From: Candidatus Harrisonbacteria bacterium
Lineage (GTDB): Bacteria > Patescibacteriota > Minisyncoccia > UBA6257 > 02-FULL-45-10c
DNA length: 64,000 nt
Direction of reading: 5' to 3'
Assembly: GCA_016214655.1 (NCBI GenBank)
Contig: JACROC010000007.1
Location: 14,785-78,784, forward strand
Part shown: in pieces, positions 19,894 to 28,808 of the stretch
Layout: each line of letters begins with the position of its first letter
How positions within the stretch are numbered: position 1 is the first letter of the stretch
Program-made: the position numbers and the translations under genes
The notes under the pieces: model-generated
Seen by the model: the letters and a program-made list of their open reading frames with translations, nothing else
Database searches by the model: none
Told to the model about the DNA's origin: nothing

Positions 19894-20499
19894 TTAATTC
19901 AGTAATTTTTTAACGTCTTTCCAACTAAGCACATTTGCCCACCAACTAATTGCAGACTTTTCTAAAACAGCTTCCTTGTCTTTCTCACTTCCGTTCGAAT
20001 GAGCTACCGCTTCCTTTATAACAATTGGCTTATAGCCCCTCCAACGAAACTCCTGAATTGTCGATAGAACACAACAGTCAATAGTCAATCCAAAAATTAT
20101 TGGACTAACTTTTTTGGTACCACCAATATTTTTATCGATCCAACGACCAAATCTTTTGGAATCAGGATACGGCAAGCCCGGTTTCTTGTTTTTCAATCCG
20201 ATATTATCTCTGACCCAAATCGGGGAATTCATACATTTAATCCACTGGGATTTTCGTAACTCCATAGGGATAACCGATTCATAACCCCAATCTCCTGGAT
20301 GACACATATTTCCAGAGTCTCCGGGTCGCGGCTGACGATAATCTGAAATTATCTCATTGAGCTTAATGCCTTTCTTTTTTAAATAAGGAAAAAGAATTTT
20401 CTGAAAAAAATTTATTAAAGGTTTCTGTATGTATTTACCGTCCTTCTTCTTGTAGAAAAAATAGTTTTGGGCATCTACAACAATAAATTCATATTTCAT
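19894..20499 (-). CDS. isochorismatase-family cysteine hydrolase
   Basis: IVVDAQNYF N-terminus and GLTIDCCVLST catalytic-Cys region. Confidence 0.6.
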   Translation of the reverse strand: MKYEFIVVDAQNYFFYKKKDGKYIQKPLINFFQKILFPYLKKKGIKLNEIISDYRQPRPGDSGNMCHPGDWGYESVIPMELRKSQWIKCMNSPIWVRDNIGLKNKKPGLPYPDSKRFGRWIDKNIGGTKKVSPIIFGLTIDCCVLSTIQEFRWRGYKPIVIKEAVAHSNGSEKDKEAVLEKSAISWWANVLSWKDVKKLLN

Positions 20500-20568
20500 A
20501 TATCAAAAGTATATCAGGTTAGAACTGAAAAATCCTCATTAGATAATGATATTTTAGCAAAAACTAAC

Positions 20569-20598
20569 GATGGGTCGGCAACTGGATCAAGTTACTCG
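20569..20598 (+). repeat. cassette-junction repeat, variant 2
   Basis: gatgggtcggcaactggatcaagttactcg. Confidence 0.6.
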
Positions 20599-20705
20599 TG
20601 GTGAATCTGTCGAACCAGAACCAGTTTAGTGGGATTATAAAAGAAAAACACTCGACTTACTCCTGGAGTATTGATATGTAAATAAGAAACTCGGTTGAAA
20701 CCGAG

Positions 20706-21182
20706 TTAATGAATTTGTCGTGGTTTATTCTTCTCTTTCCCCATGCAATCCGACAAATATGTTTCGTAGACATTTAGACCCATTCTACGCTCCAATTCAT
20801 CTCGGGACCAACTGATAGCTGGCCCACAATTTTCTTTTGCAAAAGGAAGTTTCTGTGGATCGCGAACTGCGGTTAAGGGCTCTTGAAAGCAGAGGGTGTG
20901 CTTATCCTCGGGTAGACCAAATACATTATCCGTACAAAAGATTACTGAACGCTCTGTACGAACAGCAAAAGTTGTACTAGCAATGCCTTTCCGGTCATAC
21001 TCCTTGGGCATCCCCCTAGTTTTCTGCAAAGATGCATTAGAATGTATTAGTGAAAATATCCCTACTACTATCATCGCTATGGCACTAACTGCCACTAATC
21101 GATCCCTTCCCTTAAGAATCAAAACTAACAAAATTAGGAGCATCATGCCGCCCATCAAAAGCGTTCCGCAGAAAGCTTCCAT
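20706..21182 (-). CDS. membrane-anchored hypothetical protein
   Basis: 158 aa with two N-terminal TM helices. Confidence 0.45.
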   Translation of the reverse strand: MEAFCGTLLMGGMMLLILLVLILKGRDRLVAVSAIAMIVVGIFSLIHSNASLQKTRGMPKEYDRKGIASTTFAVRTERSVIFCTDNVFGLPEDKHTLCFQEPLTAVRDPQKLPFAKENCGPAISWSRDELERRMGLNVYETYLSDCMGKEKNKPRQIH

Positions 21183-21243
21183 ATTTTTACTTTTTTAATG
21201 TTCTTAGCTTAGAGATATATTATCAAATCTTAAAAGGAATGCA

Positions 21244-21285
21244 AATCGCTGGTTGCCATTGTGTGGGATGTTAGAACTAGATTGG
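21244..21285 (+). repeat. cassette-junction repeat, variant 1
   Basis: aatcgctggttgccattgtgtgggatgttagaactagattgg. Confidence 0.65.
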
Positions 21286-21337
21286 TTAGTTTATAAAAGA
21301 AAAAACCGTCCAAATTTGGACGGATAAATGTTTATTA

Positions 21338-21754
21338 TTACTTACCATCTAGCCTACGCTTAACCTCTTCCACGGATACTCCCCACTTTTCAGAAAAATA
21401 TTTTAAAGCTTCTTCATAGTCTTTCCTGCCAAGCGGTGGGTTATCCACTAAATCACGCTCTAATTTTTCCGTTTCTTCCTTAGACCAGTCCCTTGATTCG
21501 GCAAATTCTCTTACGCTTTTGCGAGGATCTTACTTCGGATCACTCTTTTGACTCATAAAATTAGGGGGCCCGGAGCAATTATCTCCTTTAGCCGACATTT
21601 TACCAGAATCTCGTCGCTCCCAGATTATTGCCTCCACTGGTGTTCCCTTAAGACAACTAAACCCACTGCCAGGAATCATTCCTAAAAAACTGCAAGTCAC
21701 CTCACCCTTCCCGAGCTTACAAATATTTTTAAGCTGCTCTTCGTTCAGCCCCAT
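21338..21754 (-). pseudogene. ORF interrupted by an in-frame TAA (74 aa + stop + 64 aa, same frame)
   Basis: upstream part has leader and RBS; downstream part continues in frame with no plausible start. Confidence 0.3.
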
Positions 21755-21815
21755 ACTATTACCCTCCTCCTTTTCAACGAGCGTTAACTACTGATGAATA
21801 TATTATTTCAAAATT
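21755..21815 (-). promoter_or_regulatory. conserved cassette promoter and 5'-UTR module
   Basis: minus: TTGACAaaacataaattttgaaaTAATATattcatcagtagttaacgctcgttgaaaaggaggagggtaatagtATG. Confidence 0.65.
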
Positions 21816-21874
21816 TATGTTTTGTCAAAAGAAAAAACCGCTTTTATGGGGCGGTTGAGTTAATCGATATTAAT

Positions 21875-22378
21875 TTAATTCTTATTCTTGGGCACTAACA
21901 AACAATAAACTCCGAATCTCTCCGGCGGCTCGTCTTTATTAAGATTCAAAACTCCGTCTAATACAGATATACCATTCCACGAATCATCTTCGAAATTGAT
22001 CCGGGGTTTTATAATGGTAAGAGCCCCTATATCATGGATAGTAATATAATTTAAAAATATTCTTTTTTTCAAAATTTCAATATGTAAATTTAATCTGCAA
22101 AATTCTACACCGCAATCAACACTAGCAAAGACTACCATTTTTATATTTTTTGATACCCGATATTCTCTTAATTCCCTAGAACCCTCACCAATTAAATTCA
22201 AATGAATTTCATTTTTCTTTCTCTCTTCGAATGAAGGGAATCGTTCGCCTTTATGCTCAAGGTATGGCTCTATTTTAATTATATTTTCCGAGATCCAAGA
22301 ATCTTTCGGTAACTCCAGAGCCACTGCTTTACAGGAAAATGGAAATAAAAGTATCGCCGCAAAGATTATTTTCTTCAT
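21875..22378 (-). CDS. secreted hypothetical protein
   Basis: signal peptide MKKIIFAAILLFPFSCKA. Confidence 0.5.
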   Translation of the reverse strand: MKKIIFAAILLFPFSCKAVALELPKDSWISENIIKIEPYLEHKGERFPSFEERKKNEIHLNLIGEGSRELREYRVSKNIKMVVFASVDCGVEFCRLNLHIEILKKRIFLNYITIHDIGALTIIKPRINFEDDSWNGISVLDGVLNLNKDEPPERFGVYCLLVPKNKN

Positions 22379-22440
22379 CAGTCGCTCCTCCTTTTCAACG
22401 AACGTTAACTGCTGATAAATATCTTACTTCAAAATTTATG
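22379..22440 (-). promoter_or_regulatory. conserved cassette promoter and 5'-UTR module
   Basis: minus: TTGACAaaacataaattttgaagTAAGATatttatcagcagttaacgttcgttgaaaaggaggagcgactgATG. Confidence 0.65.
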
Positions 22441-22473
22441 TTTTGTCAAAAGAAAAAACCGCCTTTAAAGCGG

Positions 22474-22710
22474 TCAATTTTTGAAAAAAAATATCGCAGC
22501 CGTTATCCAGAAGGCCAGCCAAACCACAAAACCGACTATTGCAGGCAAATACAAAAGAGAAAAATTTTCTTCTCTCCAGCGAAAGGGTATGAATCTGAAT
22601 TCCAATTTTTGCGCCAAAAGCCAATACCAAAACCTTACACTTAACGGTAAACTCACGATTAATGCGGAAATCACAAAAATCATCAGGAAAAAAATTTCTA
22701 TTAATGACAC
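22474..22710 (-). CDS. small membrane protein
   Basis: 78 aa, two TM helices; third gene of a three-gene cassette. Confidence 0.4.
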   Translation of the reverse strand: MSLIEIFFLMIFVISALIVSLPLSVRFWYWLLAQKLEFRFIPFRWREENFSLLYLPAIVGFVVWLAFWITAAIFFFKN

Positions 22711-22940
22711 CGCATTGTCCCCTCGTTCAATTCGTCTAAATCTTTCAGGGCCGCTTCCAATATTCTCAAAGGAATCACTTCTAACGTTTTTGTAAGTAAA
22801 CCTTCTCTGGTTTCTTCATCAATCCTAAAAGAATAAGCAAGCACTAATGCCCTGAAGAAAATGATTTCTTTCCCTCGAAACTCGTATTTTCTGATTATCT
22901 TATCGGTATTAGTTTCGGGGACGTCTTGGTTTTCTGCCAT
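22701..22940 (-). CDS. hypothetical protein
   Basis: 79 aa. Confidence 0.4.
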   Translation of the reverse strand: MAENQDVPETNTDKIIRKYEFRGKEIIFFRALVLAYSFRIDEETREGLLTKTLEVIPLRILEAALKDLDELNEGTMRCH

Positions 22941-22956
22941 ACTATCCCTCCTCGCA

Positions 22957-23496
22957 TCAACCCCTAAAATACATCATGCGTCTGGTGGGTGGACCTACGT
23001 AGATAGAGTCTTTTCCTGAAATTTTCTTCCATTCTTTCTCACGTAATTTCCAAAGTCTCTTCCCCTTTTTAATCTTTTTTGGATATATGAAACATTCCCA
23101 CGGACCTGGATAATAATACTTGACTTTAATTTGACCGCCGGAAGGCAATCTGATAATCATTGGAAGCTTTCTGTTTTGCAATGAAGCCTCTCGTCTTTCA
23201 CGCTCAATATCAGAATCTCGAATCTCATAAGCCTCAAAGACTGTTTCGCCATCAAATTGAATCCTTAGTGTCCATGGGCAGTAACAAACCAAGGACCAAC
23301 TGATATCAAATCTAACTTCCCGCCGATGATTTCTATTGCCGTATCTATCCTCGACAATTGTGAAGATTGCATGAAGATCGTGATGTTTATCGGTCCACCA
23401 CTCTTCTTCGTGTTCCCAAGCACGACCCAAAGTCGAAGCAAATTGAATACCTCGTTTCCAAACTTTCACAATAGAAGCCTTATTGAGAGTTTCCAT
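22957..23496 (-). CDS. hypothetical protein
   Basis: 179 aa; ATG preceded by aaaaaaaaggggggg. Confidence 0.45.
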   Translation of the reverse strand: METLNKASIVKVWKRGIQFASTLGRAWEHEEEWWTDKHHDLHAIFTIVEDRYGNRNHRREVRFDISWSLVCYCPWTLRIQFDGETVFEAYEIRDSDIERERREASLQNRKLPMIIRLPSGGQIKVKYYYPGPWECFIYPKKIKKGKRLWKLREKEWKKISGKDSIYVGPPTRRMMYFRG

Positions 23497-23565
23497 CCCC
23501 CCCCTTTTTTTCAGTTTTGAACGAACCGGAAAGTATTCATATATTATTTAAGAATTTATATTTTG
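23497..23565 (-). promoter_or_regulatory. diverged cassette promoter and 5'-UTR module
   Basis: cccttttttttcagttttgaacgaaccggaaagtattcatatattatttaagaatttatattttgtcaaaag aligns with the consensus module. Confidence 0.45.
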
Positions 23566-23610
23566 TCAAAAGAAAAACCGCTGGGCGGACCATACGGAAA
23601 AATAAAACTC

Positions 23611-24024
23611 TTATAGACTAAACAGACTTCTCAAAAGACTTTGTAAACTAATTATTCTTGTCTCAATTTCACTCACTTCTCGATACAATGCTTTATACTT
23701 AGATTTTTCAATAGAAGGGAGTTTTTGCCAAAGAAAAGTGCGGTGAGTTTTTCTTGTGTACCTTCCTAAACCACAATACTGCGCTTCGCCACCCCAACGA
23801 GCATCGCCTTGCCACGATCCCCAGTATTGGGCCTGTCCCATATACCGATTCTGAAATAACCTTAATTTCTCCCGTGCTTTTACCGATGAAGCAATCCAGT
23901 ATTTCATAAGTCGAATAAGCTTTTTCTTCCCAAGCCTGTGTAAATCTTCAAGGTTCTCGACTTTAACCCATCCAAAATGCTTTGGGACGAATCCCTTAGC
24001 GGAAATGTCACGAGCTTGCTTCAT
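23611..24024 (-). CDS. hypothetical protein
   Basis: 137 aa. Confidence 0.45.
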   Translation of the reverse strand: MKQARDISAKGFVPKHFGWVKVENLEDLHRLGKKKLIRLMKYWIASSVKAREKLRLFQNRYMGQAQYWGSWQGDARWGGEAQYCGLGRYTRKTHRTFLWQKLPSIEKSKYKALYREVSEIETRIISLQSLLRSLFSL

Positions 24025-24090
24025 TCTTTTTCCTTTTCAACAAACGTTAACTACTTGACGGGTATATTAGCAGGAAATAAAAAGAAAGTA
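24025..24090 (-). promoter_or_regulatory. conserved cassette promoter and 5'-UTR module
   Basis: ttccttttcaacaaacgttaactacttgacgggtatatt on + strand. Confidence 0.55.
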
Positions 24091-24095
24091 AAATA

Positions 24096-24151
24096 GATCT
24101 GGGTGCCATCGTAGAGGACCCGCCTGCGCAGGCGGGTATTAGAACTAGATT
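24096..24151 (+). repeat. cassette-junction repeat, variant 1, carrying an 18-bp perfect palindrome insertion
   Basis: atctgggtgccatcgtagagga-CCCGCCTGCGCAGGCGGG-tattagaactagatt. Confidence 0.65.
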
Positions 24152-24263
24152 ATGCCCCACTTCGTGGTCACCCCACCCCGCGACTCACTACATTTCTTGA
24201 AAAGAGAAGTGATTTAAGTTATCCTCCAATTAGAAAATTCAAAACTAAAAAAGGGAAACTGAA

Positions 24264-24557
24264 ATGGAAAGATTAAAAGGATTCACCAACTCAAGACTCG
24301 CGCAACATCTTCTTTGGGTAATATGGGCAAAACAAAATAGTGATGGGGTATCTCATGGCGGTTCACCAGAAAATATTATTTTAGAAGCTGTATTGCAAAT
24401 TATTCCCAATAAGATTAAAAAAAGAACATCTTTTACCGAAAAAGAGTTATTAGAAGAAGCGGAGAAAAGGATTCATAATTTAGATGTAAAAAGTCTTCGA
24501 AGACATATCAACAGATTGCGTAAGCGTTTAGAAAATAATTGGTACAAAAAGAGCTAA
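24264..24557 (+). CDS. hypothetical protein
   Basis: 97 aa, terminator aagggcagctctttttt follows. Confidence 0.4.
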   Translation: MERLKGFTNSRLAQHLLWVIWAKQNSDGVSHGGSPENIILEAVLQIIPNKIKKRTSFTEKELLEEAEKRIHNLDVKSLRRHINRLRKRLENNWYKKS

Positions 24558-24577
24558 GGGCAGCTCTTTTTTATTTT

Positions 24578-24609
24578 AAATGCGGGTTGGCAACTGGATC
24601 GGGTTAGCC
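24578..24609 (+). repeat. cassette-junction repeat, variant 2 (diverged)
   Basis: aaatgcgggttggcaactggatcgggttagcc. Confidence 0.5.
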
Positions 24610-24658
24610 GCCCCGCAGCGCGGAGCAAGTCTCGCCCAAGAGAGCAGGAACCTATTAG

Positions 24659-24934
24659 TTACTCCGAAAATTCATCTATTAGTACATCTATCTCATCTGG
24701 CGTTAAGCGAAAATCTTGTCCCACTCTTATCAGAGTATCATAAAACCATTTGTGATTTTTTGGAATTTTCTCTTTACCCATGATAAATCTACTTACTAAT
24801 TCTAATTCTTCTTGTGAAAATCTGGCCTGAGGATCGGTAACCATTTTTTCTAATTCCTCTATATATTTATCTTTAACCTGAGAAAGAAGTCTTCCTTCAA
24901 GTTTAACTAATTTTTTCTCCGGCTTTTCAAATTC
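24659..24934 (-). CDS. hypothetical protein
   Basis: start placed at MEFEKPEKK. Confidence 0.4.
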   Translation of the reverse strand, partial: EFEKPEKKLVKLEGRLLSQVKDKYIEELEKMVTDPQARFSQEELELVSRFIMGKEKIPKNHKWFYDTLIRVGQDFRLTPDEIDVLIDEFSE

Positions 24935-24977
24935 CATATATATTAATATAACATTGTAAAATACCCAAAACAATTTT

Positions 24978-25007
24978 AAGTCGGCAACTGGAGCAGATTA
25001 GAACTTA
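24978..25007 (+). repeat. cassette-junction repeat, variant 2
   Basis: taagtcggcaactggagcagattagaactt. Confidence 0.6.
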
Positions 25008-25055
25008 TTAAATAGTTAGTTAAAAAGAAAAAGCCCCGGGATAGGGGCGAAAATT

Positions 25056-25301
25056 TTATGCCTGAAAATACTTCAATAAATTGATGGCAAGAGAAACTAC
25101 AAGGAGTAATGCCGAGGCCCAGGCAACTAGTCCAACAGCAGCGAATGCTCCAAGACCGGAAGTAAAACTTTTCTTACCCGATTCGAAATCTACCGCATTC
25201 ACCATGCCCCTCATATGGCGAACTTGATTAACCATTACGTAACCGCTAGAAAAGACGAAAGATAACAGCCACAGCCACCACCAGCTCGCCACGAATTCCA
25301 T
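25056..25301 (-). CDS. small membrane protein
   Basis: real start MEFVASWWWLWL with AAAGGAGG RBS; the track ORF begins with a TTG inside the leader. Confidence 0.45.
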   Translation of the reverse strand: MEFVASWWWLWLLSFVFSSGYVMVNQVRHMRGMVNAVDFESGKKSFTSGLGAFAAVGLVAWASALLLVVSLAINLLKYFQA

Positions 25302-25319
25302 CCCACACCTCCTTTTCAA

Positions 25320-25375
25320 CGAACGTTAACTGCTGATGAAGACAATATATCAAAATCGACCACTTGTCAAACTAA
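25320..25375 (-). promoter_or_regulatory. conserved cassette promoter and 5'-UTR module
   Basis: ccttttcaacgaacgttaactgctgatgaagacaatatatc on + strand. Confidence 0.55.
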
Positions 25376-25432
25376 AATTTTTCTGCTAATATATCGTCAG
25401 CTGTAAAAACTTTTTGAAAAAGGAGGCGCAAG

Positions 25433-25651
25433 GTGAAAGAAACCCTGCTAAAGATTGTTGTAACCGTCTTTTCATTAGCTATAGCCCTTACCCCCTGCTG
25501 GTTATATCTGGCAGTTAAATTTCTATTAGCGCCAGAAGGATTTTGGCAAAACCTTCTTCTTTTGGGAGTAGGTGCCTATTTTCTCGGGTTTATCCAGTTG
25601 ATGCTGATAATCTTCTGGTTAACTTTTGTAGTTAAGGTGATTCTAGATTAA
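25433..25651 (+). CDS. small membrane protein
   Basis: GTG start with aaaaaggagg RBS; two TM helices. Confidence 0.45.
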   Translation: MKETLLKIVVTVFSLAIALTPCWLYLAVKFLLAPEGFWQNLLLLGVGAYFLGFIQLMLIIFWLTFVVKVILD

Positions 25652-25658
25652 TATTTCT

Positions 25659-25687
25659 CCGCTCCTCAAGAGCGGATTTTTTATTGA
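25659..25687 (+). terminator. conserved terminator of plus-strand cassettes
   Basis: ccgctcctcaagagcggatttttt, near-identical to 12929. Confidence 0.55.
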
Positions 25688-25688
25688 A

Positions 25689-25726
25689 AAATCTGGGTGC
25701 CATCGTAGAGGATGTTAGGACTATTC
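25689..25726 (+). repeat. cassette-junction repeat, variant 1
   Basis: aaaatctgggtgccatcgtagaggatgttaggactattc. Confidence 0.7.
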
Positions 25727-25841
25727 TTATACGACAAAGTAGATATATTTATATACCTGAGCTGAGAGCTTAATTACCCCACTCTATAGCTCACTATATT
25801 TTTATTTGTTAAATATATCTTACTTAGTGTAAAATTGTCAT

Positions 25842-26465
25842 ATGAAAACTTTTGCATTCATAGACGCATCAAATCTCTTTTATGGAGGAGAAAAGAGTTT
25901 GGGTTGGAAAATAGATTATAAAAAACTTTTGGAATACCTGAAAGAAAAATATGACGTGAGCAAAGTTTTTTATTTTGGCGGCATTGAAATACATAACTTC
26001 GTATACGATTATCAAAAAAGTGAAACAGTGTCGCTTAAAGAACTAGAAAAGCACTTAAACAGCTTACTTAAAGATAAAGCCAAGGAACTAAATGAGGCGG
26101 AGTTAATACTAATCGGAAGACATTTACAGAGAATAAGGTTTTATATTCGTCTTGATACCTTTGGTTACAGACTTTTTTTGAAACCAGTTAAGTTATATGA
26201 ACAAGAAGATGGTTCAACTAAAAGAAAAGCAAATTGCGACGTAGATATGGCATTTCACTTAATGAAAGAAAAAGGGAATTTTGATAGAGTGATAGTATTA
26301 TCCGGCGATGGAGATTTCCTTCCGGTGCTCAAATATCTTAAAAAAGAAGGCAGGGAAGTAATTATTTTAGGTAGAGGCAAACGAACGGCTAAAGAAATTA
26401 GGCAATTCGCGGGAGATAACTTTAGAGATTTTGAGTATCTTAAAAATCGCTTAAAAATGGAATAA
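25842..26465 (+). CDS. NYN/LabA-like (PIN-fold) domain protein
   Basis: FIDASNLFYGG N-terminus and VIVLSGDGDFLPVLKYLKKEGREVIILG typical of the NYN/LabA family; terminator 26482-26508. Confidence 0.6.
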   Translation: MKTFAFIDASNLFYGGEKSLGWKIDYKKLLEYLKEKYDVSKVFYFGGIEIHNFVYDYQKSETVSLKELEKHLNSLLKDKAKELNEAELILIGRHLQRIRFYIRLDTFGYRLFLKPVKLYEQEDGSTKRKANCDVDMAFHLMKEKGNFDRVIVLSGDGDFLPVLKYLKKEGREVIILGRGKRTAKEIRQFAGDNFRDFEYLKNRLKME

Positions 26466-26690
26466 AAATACGAAAGGCACCCATATAGGATGCCTTTCAC
26501 GTTTAGTAACTTTACTATAGCAAATTGGTTATTTTCGTCAATCCCCGGAATAATATCAGACCCCATCAAGTCTTGGATTATCTGGCCCCAAATGAATATT
26601 TAGATAGGCAGCAAACTAGTCGATCGCCGACAAGAGATGTTATTACCTTACAAGCCTAGGTGGTCACTATGTATCTGAGCCTGGACAAAA

Positions 26691-26728
26691 AAATCTGGAC
26701 GCCATCGTGTGGGATGTTAGAACTAGAT
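26691..26728 (+). repeat. cassette-junction repeat, variant 1
   Basis: aatctggacgccatcgtgtgggatgttagaactagatt. Confidence 0.7.
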
Positions 26729-27146
26729 TAAGCAAAGTTACCCAACCCTGCTACTCACCGTATTTCTTGAAAAGAAAACGCCGCCATTACTTTGGCGGCT
26801 GAATTATTAATGCATGAATTCAAGTTTTGTCTCGAGAAGAGCCTTTTCCCAACGGTCAGCACTTTTAACTGCGCGTTCACGAGACCTCCCATACTTTATT
26901 AAAGTCTGAATAATTTGTTTGCGATATTTTCGAATTTCTGCCGGACTCAAATCAAGCGGGTCTTTTACCATCATTACCGTCATTCGACTTCTCGCTATAT
27001 CCTAAAGTAACTAACGCTGATTATAACAACAAGATTTAAAAATGCAAGATAAATAATATTGAGTTCAATGATATTTTTCATATCAAAAGTATATCGAGTT
27101 AGAACCAAATTGTCTTTGATTTATATAGATATTTCATTAGAATTTT

Positions 27147-27185
27147 ACGCTGGGTGCCATCGGAGAGGATGCTTGAACCAAATTA
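27147..27185 (+). repeat. cassette-junction repeat, variant 1 (diverged)
   Basis: acgctgggtgccatcggagaggatgcttgaaccaaatt. Confidence 0.5.
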
Positions 27186-27266
27186 AGCACAAATTCAGTT
27201 ACCCCACCCCCACGATACGCCTTTTTAATAAAAAGATAGTTCGAATTGCTGAGATATTTCTTGAAC

Positions 27267-28022
27267 TTATTTATTTTTCCAAACTTCCTTCAGAACTCGG
27301 TCTGCTAACACATGCGCATCTTCTCTAATTTGACCCGTCCTTTCCTGATTTACAGAATCAGGCCTTTCCGCGTGGGCAGATAAGTGTTGTCCTCTAGATT
27401 TTTTTTGCACACCACTTAAATCACTATCATTATATAAAAAAGGTACACTAGCGTTCTCGCTACCAATAAATAATCCACGCCTTCCCAAAATTGACGGAAG
27501 AAAATAGCCTCCTCCCTGATAACTTCGTTTGGAACTATGCGACGCGATCGAAGCTATATCAAACGGGATATGCTCTTGCTCCAAAATTTCCGCTAATTGT
27601 TCCATACTCGCGCCAGTAGCCATGAATTCTGTGACAATCAACGCCTTTTTCTTGATTTCCGACTTTATTTTCCTGAAAAAGGCAATGAGCTGCTCTTTAT
27701 TAGCATTATGTCTTCCGCTCGCAATAAAACGAGTCTTTAAAAGATTTCTATCTTCTTCGGAAGTAAGATCAGGATGTAATACCCTCATTCTGCTGCTAAT
27801 GATATCTTTCATTACCAACGTCGGAATTCTACCGCTTGCGTCATCGCCAATCAGCATATCGTATTCTCCAGCGTCGATCGTTTCTTTTAACTGCTCTATT
27901 AGCCTACTCGTCGGATACTCTAACTCCTCCATAATACCCCCGAAATGATACTGCAAATCTTTCTCTTGTGTGTTAATAGGCTTTTCTTTGCCCTCTTCAG
28001 AAATTTTTTCAAATGTTTCCAT
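27267..28022 (-). CDS. hypothetical protein with PRTase-like segment
   Basis: ALIVTEFMATGASM resembles the type I phosphoribosyltransferase PRPP-binding motif; otherwise unassigned. Confidence 0.4.
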   Translation of the reverse strand: METFEKISEEGKEKPINTQEKDLQYHFGGIMEELEYPTSRLIEQLKETIDAGEYDMLIGDDASGRIPTLVMKDIISSRMRVLHPDLTSEEDRNLLKTRFIASGRHNANKEQLIAFFRKIKSEIKKKALIVTEFMATGASMEQLAEILEQEHIPFDIASIASHSSKRSYQGGGYFLPSILGRRGLFIGSENASVPFLYNDSDLSGVQKKSRGQHLSAHAERPDSVNQERTGQIREDAHVLADRVLKEVWKNK

Positions 28023-28102
28023 AATTATTATAATAAATCATTTGTCCGATATTGCAATAAATAATAGTAACTCATGAATTCAAAATTAATAAAAAAATAA
28101 AG

Positions 28103-28138
28103 TTGGTTGGGTTGACAACCGGAGCAGATTAGAACTTG
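28103..28138 (+). repeat. cassette-junction repeat, variant 2 (diverged)
   Basis: ttggttgggttgacaaccggagcagattagaacttg. Confidence 0.45.
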
Positions 28139-28165
28139 TTTTATAAATTAAAAAGCGGCTTGATA

Positions 28166-28636
28166 TTATCGCACCGCAAGAGGAATATCGAATCGAAAAT
28201 ATTCGATATTAGTATCTTCTTTAGTTATAAGAACACGAACCGTAGCTTTATCGGAAGAAATTTTCCGTGGCACCACATCTGGCCAACCAATACCACTGCT
28301 TTTACTCCAATAACGTTCAATGTATCGAGAACTAACAACTACTTCTTTATCCGAACTGTCTCTTTCTACAAACTGCACTACTAACCTGCATTTTTTCTCG
28401 TTTTTACTCGTACAAGGATTTCCTTTCTCTGAAAAGAGTTGAAAATCAATGGTGAGATAAAATTCGTTTCCTCGCTCAACATAATAATCTTTTAATTCAT
28501 GAATAAGATGAATTGGAGTACCTCCTAAGATGTAGAAATAGCCATCAGTCATTTTAAAGGTTGGACTCGAAACCGTTCCCGCAGAAACAAAACTCGAAAG
28601 TAATAATGCAATGCAGCTCAAAAATAACTTCTTCAT
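28166..28636 (-). CDS. secreted/lipoprotein-like hypothetical protein
   Basis: real start MKKLFLSCIALLLSS (signal peptide); the longer track ORF starts at a TTG inside the leader. Confidence 0.5.
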   Translation of the reverse strand: MKKLFLSCIALLLSSFVSAGTVSSPTFKMTDGYFYILGGTPIHLIHELKDYYVERGNEFYLTIDFQLFSEKGNPCTSKNEKKCRLVVQFVERDSSDKEVVVSSRYIERYWSKSSGIGWPDVVPRKISSDKATVRVLITKEDTNIEYFRFDIPLAVR

Positions 28637-28657
28637 CCTCGTCACCTTCCTTTTCAA

Positions 28658-28712
28658 TGAACGTCAACTGCTGAAAATATATTACAAGAAAATATAAATA
28701 AGGTCAAACTAA
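28658..28712 (-). promoter_or_regulatory. conserved cassette promoter and 5'-UTR module
   Basis: minus: TTGACCttatttatattttcttgTAATATattttcagcagttgacgttcattgaaaaggaagg. Confidence 0.6.
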
Positions 28713-28746
28713 TCTGGGTGCCATCGTGTGGGATGTTAGAACTTGT
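28711..28746 (+). repeat. cassette-junction repeat, variant 1
   Basis: aatctgggtgccatcgtgtgggatgttagaacttg followed by ttataaaagaaaaaaccgc terminator flank. Confidence 0.7.
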
Positions 28747-28808
28747 TTGGTTAGTTTATAAAAGAAAAAACCGCTCAAATTTGATAGCGGTTTCTAATTT
28801 CATAAATT

